A model generated the notes under the pieces. That model saw only the letters and a list, made by a program, of their open reading frames with translations. It did no database searches and was not told where the DNA came from. This document shows positions 55,801 to 64,000 of a stretch of DNA of 64,000 bases, piece after piece. Origin of the DNA: Eledone cirrhosa (taxonomy: Eukaryota); NCBI GenBank assembly GCA_964016885.1, contig OZ024743.1, positions 260,586,001 through 260,650,000 on the forward strand, given 5' to 3'. Position numbers and translations under genes: made by a program. Numbering within the stretch: the stretch's first letter is position 1; the number at the start of each line of letters is the position of its first letter.

Positions 55801-56507
55801 GGTCAAGCGAAGACCGAGAGGGAGCGCTTGGAGACTGGAATGTCTTCAGGCGCTCACAGCCCTCGACCAATCGGGCAATGTGATCGGTGGAAACTCCACC
55901 TTGGCGTTCTATAGAGGATTGGTGGAGGGCAAGAGCGACGACGTACTTGGGGAAACTCTAGGCGTCGACGAAAATCAACTAGCCAATCTCTTCGGAAGAA
56001 CTTTCGGGCCGGGGCCTATGGACAATTTCCAGAAATCCCTGGCCTGGCAGTGCTACCGAGGAGCTTTGCCAGTTCGGGATAAATTCTACAGGCATGGAGG
56101 TGCCGTCAGCCGGGCATGTCCGAGATGCGCGCAGGGCGACGAAACCGTCCTGCACGCACTCGTCCAGTGTCCGAGCATTGCTGACTTGTGGGTTTATGTC
56201 GAACACCTGCTGTCGCGTGTAGCACGGATCCGGCTATCAGCTGAGTCCATCGTGAGAATTGCCCCACGCTCTTCCTTTAGCGGGGAAGGGCAGCAGTTTT
56301 TATCTGTCTGGTGGCCATGGCGAAAGAGATAGTATGATGGACACGTTTGAAAGGGCTGAAGACGAGCACTTACCTCTTCGGTGATGTCCTGATTAACTTT
56401 TTCAAATTTCATTTGAAAAGGAAAATCAGGGTAGAGAGGAAAGTGCTCTCTTCCCAGCATTTTGTTGAAAGATGGGTGAGAGAGGCAAGAATGGCCCGAG
56501 TGAATTG
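52868..56507 (+). pseudogene. Tx1-like ORF2 (APE endonuclease, RT, zinc finger), frameshifted and SINE-interrupted
   Basis: SINTRGL, SET, GDWN, YLDR, TDH, KSPGLDG, LDQSKAFDRVDH, AYADD (shifted frame), CPRC...ETVLHALVQC. Confidence 0.88.
53557..53784 (-). mobile_element. SINE family B inserted antisense into Tx1-like ORF2
   Basis: Minus strand: GGCGTGTGGCTGAGTGGTTAGAG...GAGTTCGATTCC...GTCCTTGAGCAAGACACTTTATTTCAC. TSD-like TTCGTGATATGT. Confidence 0.85.
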
Positions 56508-56727
56508 AAGGTGGAAAACTGGGAGAGGGCACTTGCCCTGGTGGTCAGGGTCACTGTGGCTTTTTAATGGGCTTTCTCCACGAATGTCTCTCGGAAGTCT
56601 CCCCCGTATTGTTACATCCTCTGTTTTTGTTTTTTACACGCAAAAATGCCCATTTGTACCGTCCTGTATTGTCCTGTACTGTCCTTAATGTCTACTTTAT
56701 GTGAACCCTTGTGGTTAATAAAGAAAA

Positions 56728-56779
<52 letters not shown>

Positions 56780-57017
56780 GGTCTAATCGGACGTATTTTG
56801 CTCGCTCCCAGTAAGTCGCTTTATTTGCCTGTTATTTGTTGTTAAATATTTCTTGTTGTGTAAGGCAGTGGTCGCCAACCTTTCTAAAACCGAGGAACCC
56901 TCTAAATATTTTGAATTCTTCACAGAACCTATACAATACAAAACTTTTTAAAAAAAATAATATAGTATTTATTTATTTTAGTGTTTCATGCGTGTCTATG
57001 TAATCGAACACAATTAA

Positions 57018-58898
57018 CTAGTGGCTTTTCTGCAGCTGCGCCTCATCAGTGAGTTTAGAAAATCGAGGTTCAACACTAGTTAATGCCAGTCTCATACACT
57101 CGTCAATTGCTGACAGTTTATTTCTCTTCTTTGTGCAGATTTCTACCAACTGCGAAAACCCTTCGCACAAGTAGCTAGATGGGAATAAAGTCAAATACTT
57201 CAATGCAAGTTGGCTGATTTCATTAAACTCCCCAATCAAGAATAAGTCGATCCATAGTTCTTTCTTTCTGCTTTCGAATATCACTTTCAGGTCTTCGTTT
57301 GAATTCAAATCCATCAACATTGTGCAGGTAGTAAATTTTTACAATTTCCAGCGTCATTTTCTGAAACTAACTGCTCGATCTCGTGAACGGGTTTTTTATC
57401 CATAAATTTCCGCTAACAATATCTTTTTCCATCAAGTCAAAATAATCTGAAAAACTTGTGGAAAGCACATTTAAATGAGAAAGAATAATCTTCTTTAGAT
57501 TGCTGGAGTCAAAATCGTCTCTCTTTTTAAGCTCTATTTCAAGGTTTGAAAGTAATGAGTAATTGTCCGATTCAATTCTTTTTATAAAGATGTTTAATTT
57601 TGATTGAAAATATGTAATAAAATTGATTGAAGTAAAAATATCTGCATTGTTACCTTGAAGACACTTATTTAGTTTGTTCAGTTCACCAAAAATGTCTACT
57701 AAATAAGCGAGTTGCACATTCCATTCATTGGTTTCTAATACACTTGCTCTTTCATCATTCTGTTTTTTTAGAAAAACTATTATTTCTTCTCTCAGTTCAA
57801 AAACTCTCTTCATAGCATCCCCAAAAGACAGCCAACGCACATCATTGTTCAATAACAATCTATTATAATTACTTCCAGAAGATTCACAAATACATTCAAA
57901 CATTCTAGAATTTTTTGCTCTTGCATGGATCAAATTGATAATTTTGACAATGTCTTTCAGCTGGTCATTTAATATTTGAGCATCTCTGTCTTTGAATTTT
58001 TTTGAACACAAAACCTCTCAATGTATCATACAATGATTTGAAATACAATTTGGGGTCTGTTCTTTAATTTTTGCAATCAAACCAGAATTTTTACCAGTCA
58101 TTGCAGCTGCTCCATCTGTTGTTATTGAAGTCAACTTGCTCCAAGATACACCATTTTTTTAAAAATACTCTTCAATTTTATTGAATATATCTTGACCTTT
58201 AGTTGTGATGTTTAATACCAGACAAAACAAATACTCTTCTACTAATTCTTTTTTATCAAGGTCTACAAACCGTACATAGCAAATTAATTGAGCCTTGTTA
58301 TTAATATCCGTAATTTCGTCCACTTGCAGACCAAAACATGTGCTTTTCTTTAGTGCAGTTAGTATCTGATTTTCTATATCAGAAGAAATATCAATTATCC
58401 TTCTTTTTACGGTATTTGCTGACAATGGTAACTGGCTTAATTTTTCTTTGTCCTTAATACTGCAGCTTTCAAAAAGATTCTCTGTAGCAATTTTTATACT
58501 TGGCAGAATTAACTGTTCTCCTAATGTAAATGGTTTCTTGTTTTTACCAATCAAATGTGAAATTTCAAAAGATGTTCTTGTTAAAGCTTTATTTCTATCT
58601 GACTTTTTACAAAACAAGTCATATTAGCTTGTAATTTTTTGATGTTGTTTTTCAGCGAAGTAAAGTATTCCAGTGACTTGCTTTTATCATTGGTGTGATT
58701 AGTATCAATGTGTCTTTTAAGTTTTGCAGGATTTAAACAGCTATTTGATAGAACTTTTGAACATAGTAAACACATGGGCTGATCTGGTGTATCTTTTTTA
58801 GTGTCAGCTTTTTGAAATCCATATCTAACATAATCATCACACCACTGTATAACCTTACTGCTGGTATCTAACTTCAGCTTCTTTGCAGTAGACATCAT
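57018..58898 (-). pseudogene. hAT transposase (BED finger, DDE core, dimerisation domain), frameshifted
   Basis: CLLCSKVL...LKRH, LQVDEITD, ITTDGAAAM and CMIH in a shifted frame, VRWLS, FPSSYLCEGFS. Confidence 0.9.
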
Positions 58899-59368
58899 AT
58901 CAATGTTATTTATCTACAGTTAACATTTTTAATATGACATTAATAAACAAGAGAAATTAAGTTTTTTCATTACAAAAAGTACTTAAATTAACTTTAATTT
59001 TAGATATTTGGAAAAACTTAACTAGTTAAATAAAATTTTTAATTTTTAAAAATTGAAATTTTTCCATTTTAGGATGGCAAACATATTATTTAAAGTCTTA
59101 TAATAATATTAAAATATTAGGGGTTACTGAAAAAGGTGCAAATTTATAAACAACTAGAAGAAATCTTTTTCAGAGTCCAGCACTTCCTGCATATACTACT
59201 TTAGGGTCGTATTAAATATTATTGGTAATGTAAATATATTTAAATATCCGCCATACTAAAAGGTGCAAAAAAAAATGCAAATCAGCTGATAGTGTAGAAG
59301 ATGTGACGATGGTATTGGAAATTAATTCAGATATCTTCTATCTATTTTGACTCAAAGTTAGATATAAT

Positions 59369-59462
59369 TGTTTCTACTTTAGGCACAAGGCCAGCAATTA
59401 CCCAGTGCATTACTGGTACTTTATTTTATCGACCCCGTAAGGATGAAAAGCAAAGTCAACCT
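59369..59462 (-). mobile_element. 5'-truncated SINE family A inside the hAT, 17-bp TSD
   Basis: TCAAAGTTAGATATAAT at 59352 and 59463. Confidence 0.85.
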
Positions 59463-60719
59463 TCAAAGTTAGATATAATATAAGAAGGCTTTAGGCTGCG
59501 TTAAACATATATTAGATTGGAACAAATAAAGTTTCGTCAAATGTTTGTGGACATATATATTTATTGTATAAAGTAATTTCTCAATTGTGAATGCAGATGT
59601 CATCAAATGAATACATAATTGTGTGGCAAAGTTTATAGTGTATGCATGGAATACAAAATTACCATTGTTAGTAGTCGAAACTTTACAGGCGTTATATTTT
59701 CTGTGCAAAGTACAACAGAATGTAACGTGTTCTTATTTAGAATTGTCTGTAGAACTGGATGCATGTTGAAAACGACTAGTAAGCGAGTTCACTCTGTGAA
59801 GAAACTTTAGGCGACTTTAAAGCTTTTGTGAGGACAGCAGATTAAAACGTGTTCTCTATTGAAAACATTCTACTGAACTTACGTTGTGAGAACAGCGAAC
59901 TGACCCTGTCTCTCGGCTGAAAGACCTCGCTGAACTGAAGTTTTCAGTTTAAAGTTATGCTGTTATCGACCAACATTTACTTGTTCGTGATTGGTCAATT
60001 TCTAAGTTCAATTAGTGTATTATCAGTAGTAGTCTCGGAATTCAGAAAACTATGTCTTTCCAAGAATTGATGTGAAATTGAAAGTATTCAATTTCCACGA
60101 ATCTCAGAACAGTGTTTTTCTGCTAATTCAAGTGAGAAACTGAAAGTAGTGTTTTCCACGAATTGGAGTGGAGAACCTGTGTACACTACAATAGTACTTG
60201 TTCATTTATACATTGCACCTTTGGCATTTTCTTTGCACCTTTTTCAGAAAACCCAAAATATTAATGGTAATGTATATATTTATTTTTTTAAGGAACCCGG
60301 AGTTTGTTTTACGGAACCCATGTTGGCGACCACTGGTGTAAGGGATATAAGCCCTTAGACTTTGCCCTGTGAAGGGGAAAGTATAATATTTGGGCCTTTT
60401 GGCCCAAATATTTGAACTTTTTTTTACATGTTAAAAAATTTACGGAGAAAAAAAACATAGCTGTGCCCCCCCCCCCCCCCCCCCCCCCACAACGATATGT
60501 CTGCTGTCGTGCCACAACGACGTAGAATTTGAGAGGAGCGCTACAGCGAAATTAACACAAATTGATAACACAAACACCACCACAAACAATGTAAAGAAAG
60601 ACACCAATGATACCAATGAGAACTCTAATTTTGAAAAAAATTACAGTAACAGTGACAACGAAAATACAGATAACAAAAAAAAAAATAACAAATGCAACAA
60701 CAATATCAGCACCACTAAC

Positions 60720-62353
60720 ATGAAAACAAATAGCGACAATACCAACAGCAACAATACCAACTGCACCGAAAACAACGGTGGCAACAAAGACAACAATGAT
60801 AACAGCGACAGTGATAATAACAACACCAACAAGAACAACGACAACGACAACAACACCCCCAACGAAAACAAGAAGAACACTTTCGCTGCGGCAGCAGCAA
60901 AAAAGAGGCCATGCTTCAACATGGACCTCTCAAACAAAGATGAAAAGTTGGCTCAGGCATGGAAGCTCATCAAGCAAGAGCAAACCTGGGCCAACTTAAC
61001 TGTCCCGATAGAAGCTATTGAGGCAGTGGAGCGCAGAACGGTGCATTATAGATGCATCTCAGCACAAACCAAAAGGGCAGCTTTAATCCCACAAGAAGAT
61101 GTCGAAGTCGCGCTGAGGTGCATCAGAGAAGACACCGAATACATAGAGAGGAGCAGACAGTATGGCGCCATTTCGGTGTTGTTCAAGTCAGAAGCCCTCG
61201 CTATGAAACACGCTATAACTCCTTGCAAAACCAGCAAGGTCATAATGTACCCCTCCCACATGGGAAAAAGAACGGCCCGTCTCCGCATTCCCAGAATCCC
61301 ACCAGGACTTGACATGTGGTGGCTTCTTGGATGTGTGATTGTGGAGGGGACGGATACCGTCCCTATAGAAGTGACCAGAACGGCCAGAGAGGACTGGTCC
61401 GGGGTTGACCTGGAGAATCTTCTCCAGATCAGGTCCGAGAATCTGAAGACAATCCCGGACCACATCCGCCTTCAGAATGGGACGGTCATTCCGAAGGCAA
61501 AAGGCCGCAGTGTTTTGTTTGTGGGGGAAAAACCCATTTGCAAGCCTTCTGCCCTCAACTGCTGAGAGAGGCAAGGGGTCGAAAGGCTCCACTGCTGCCG
61601 ACGCCGGGGCGAGGACGACAACCAACACCAGCACCAGCAAAACCACCAACAACAACAGCAATAGAAAGACCACCACCAACATTGACCACCCAGGGGGGAA
61701 ACGAGGAAAGCTGTCAAATCCCCCCCCCCCCCCCCCAAAAAAATACACACACCAATAAAACCATAAACGTACATACAGACACACTTACAGACACAGACCC
61801 CTCATCTACCAGTAGTGAAGATAAGGGAAAACCAAAATCCCCCAAAATACAAAAAAGGAAACACAAAAAGGAAAAAAAAACTCAACAAAGCACAAAATCA
61901 TCCACAATAAAAAACGCAGACACCACCCACGCAAACATCTCTCCAATAACACCAACATCAACACCACCATCACCATCACCAGAATCCCCCAAACGCAAAC
62001 AACCTAAACAGAGGCAAGAACAAATATACACACAAACATCTGAAATCACAGACACCGCACTCACAACAAACACAGACACAACCGAAACAACACCACCAAA
62101 ACCATCACCACCACAGCCACGCAAACAAATAAAATCACACCAACAAAACATACAAAACTTTGTGCTCGCCAGGAGGGCAAACAAGGAACTGATGGCCCTC
62201 GTAGCACGAAGTGAAAATATACAAAAAGAGGGGGAAACTTTTAAATCGAGCACATTTCGCGTGCCGGAAGATTTGGTTCTGGTGCGAATGTCGCTCGACA
62301 TATTCAAAGAAATACGAGACAGCTTTCCTCGGGACGTGGGACCCCAAACGTAA
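60720..62353 (+). pseudogene. Tx1-like ORF1 (frameshifted)
   Basis: Similar to the first ORF1 (QYGAISVLF ~ KYGTVNVFF; EDWSG ~ ENWSG), with a shifted-frame CFVCGEKTHLQAFC knuckle. Confidence 0.72.
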
Positions 62354-62483
62354 AACCCACTTCAAGACTTTTAAAGGGGTTCCCAAAAGAAACCCCATCA
62401 ACTATGGAGGTCGAACAACCCGACCTTCACAAGAGCCCGGAAGGTAAGTAAACCTTTCCTCTCTCTCTTTTTAACCTGCCAAC

Positions 62484-64000
62484 ATGGCCGTATTAAGAGT
62501 AGGATGTTTAAATATTCGAGGCCTGGGATCGTCCTGGAAGCAGGGTCACCTGCTCAACGACCTCAGGTCTCTAGAAATGGATGTAATTGCCGTCAGCGAG
62601 ACCAGGATTTCCGACACGCGCGCACTAGCCCCCATTTTCGACGACTATCAGATCATTGCATCTGTTAGCCGGCCGAGAATGGGAGGCGGGGTGGCAGTGC
62701 TGTTTAGAAAAGGCCTGGATCTCGAGGTAAGGTCGATCTTCCGGGACCCGGACGTGAACAATAACGAAGGTGGTGCCTTTAGACTGGTGGCCGTCTATGC
62801 TCCTACTGGGGCAGGACAGCCGGACTTCTTTAAACGCCTGAAAGCCTTTCTGGGCACGTCTCGCCCTTTACTGTTAGCGGGGGGGGGCTGGAACGGATCT
62901 TAGACGCACGCTGGGACCTGTGGGAGTATCCGATAGGAGCAGGGGGTGCAAAAGCCTCAAGAACCTGATCAGCCAGTTCTAACTCTCTGACGGGTACCGA
63001 CTAGATTTCCCTAATGCGCCAGTGTGGACCTGGGCTAACCGCATAGGGTCATCTAGATCGTATATAGACAGGATATTCATTATGTAAATAGACAGAAATA
63101 GTGTAAGCTGTCCACGTTTTAAAACGGTCGCCTATTCAGATCACAAGTTTGTGATCTGTATGGTCGACCTAGATAAGACGCGTAGGTTAGGACCTGGTTA
63201 CTGGAGCTAAACATGTCATTTCCGGCACGTAAGGCTCACAAGGACCAGGTCAACAATTTAGTTAAGAAAAGGTTGACAGGGGGAGTCGTCAACAATAGAT
63301 GGGGGGGGGTCTCAAAAGAGAGATGAGAGTAATGTCGATAGAGTTTAGCAAAGAAGTAGCGTTAGAGAAAAATAGAAAGGAGGGAGAGTTGTAGATAAGT
63401 TAGACGAGGCTATTGGTAATGGCATTGCAACTGACGTGCTAACGGCGAGAATGGCATTAGACCATTTCTTCAATGCGAAACACGAAGGTTGCATTGTCAG
63501 AGCTAAGGCGCGTGCTCTGAGAAACAAGGGAACCAAAGCTCTTTGACGGACCGAGACAGACACGAGCTGAGCGATTCCAAGCAGATGTGTGAGGCCTTTT
63601 GCCAACACTTTGATCGGTTGTTCGCGGGAAGTGGCGGGTCAGAGATGGTGGCGGACTTCAGTCCCTACCTCGATGGCTTGCCGCAACTCTCGACGGCTGA
63701 CGCTGGGCGCTGCGAAAGGCCGATTACTTCAGCCGAGATTCAGGATGCCCTTGTCGGCTGCATGAGGCGCAAGTCACCCGGTTTGGATGGTCTGCCCTAC
63801 GAGCTTTATGTAAATATGCCAGACTTGTTCTCCAATCTGCTCGAAGCCTTCTACTGCAACTGGCAGCAAAACGGGAGTATTCCCAGTTCTGTGAGCCGGG
63901 GCGTAGTGACGCTGATAAGGAAAGACGAGAACAAGAGGGACACATTAGACAATTTCAGGCCCATAACTCTGCTCAACACAGAGTTTAAGATTTTAGCCAG
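62484..64000 (+). pseudogene. Tx1-like ORF2 (APE + start of RT), heavily disrupted and incomplete
   Basis: LNIRGLGSSWKQGHLLNDL, VYAP, SDH, KSPGLDGLPYE, NFRPITLLN. Confidence 0.85.

Larger units (their letters stand above)
50693..56730 (+). mobile_element. Near full-length Tx1/L1-clade non-LTR retrotransposon, degenerate
   Basis: ORF1 with a CCHC knuckle, ORF2 with APE + RT + zinc finger, AATAAA near the 3' end, (TTA)n on both sides. Confidence 0.9.
56866..60335 (-). mobile_element. hAT (Buster/Charlie-type) DNA transposon, 3470 bp
   Basis: TIRs CAGTGGTCGCCAAC / GTTGGCGACCACTG and 8-bp TSD GTGTAAGG (56858-56865, 60336-60343) with a central TA. Confidence 0.95.
56780..64000 (+). mobile_element. 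Second, divergent Tx1-like element (5' UTR interrupted by the hAT; runs off the window)
   Basis: ORF1-like 60720-62353 and ORF2 from 62484, homologous to the first element. The 5' boundary at 56780 is inferred from similarity to 50693-50750. Confidence 0.75.

Overview
AT-rich, microsatellite-dense eukaryotic DNA, most likely from an octopus-like cephalopod (inferred from the SINE types, repeat spectrum and TTAGGG). I found no convincing host gene. The window is almost entirely mobile elements. The left ~38 kb holds Penelope-like elements (RT + GIY-YIG) with inverted termini, non-coding cassettes in (TA)n, a 614/615-bp tandem array, a Helitron-like element, MITEs, an LTR remnant, SINEs and a local segmental duplication. 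The right ~26 kb holds an RTE-like LINE with an inverted 5' part, then a nest of (TTA)n-associated R4/Dong-like and Tx1-like retrotransposons and a hAT transposon. The strongest signal is about two dozen type I hammerhead ribozyme (HHR) folds, read by eye. Many carry a covaried core, UUGANAA instead of CUGANGA (U3-A8 replacing the C3-G8 tertiary pair), with all four bases seen at N7. One such fold sits in every unit of the 614-bp array, which suggests a retrozyme-like self-cleaving/circular RNA system mobilised by the neighbouring Penelope-like elements. All folds are manual and no activity has been tested.
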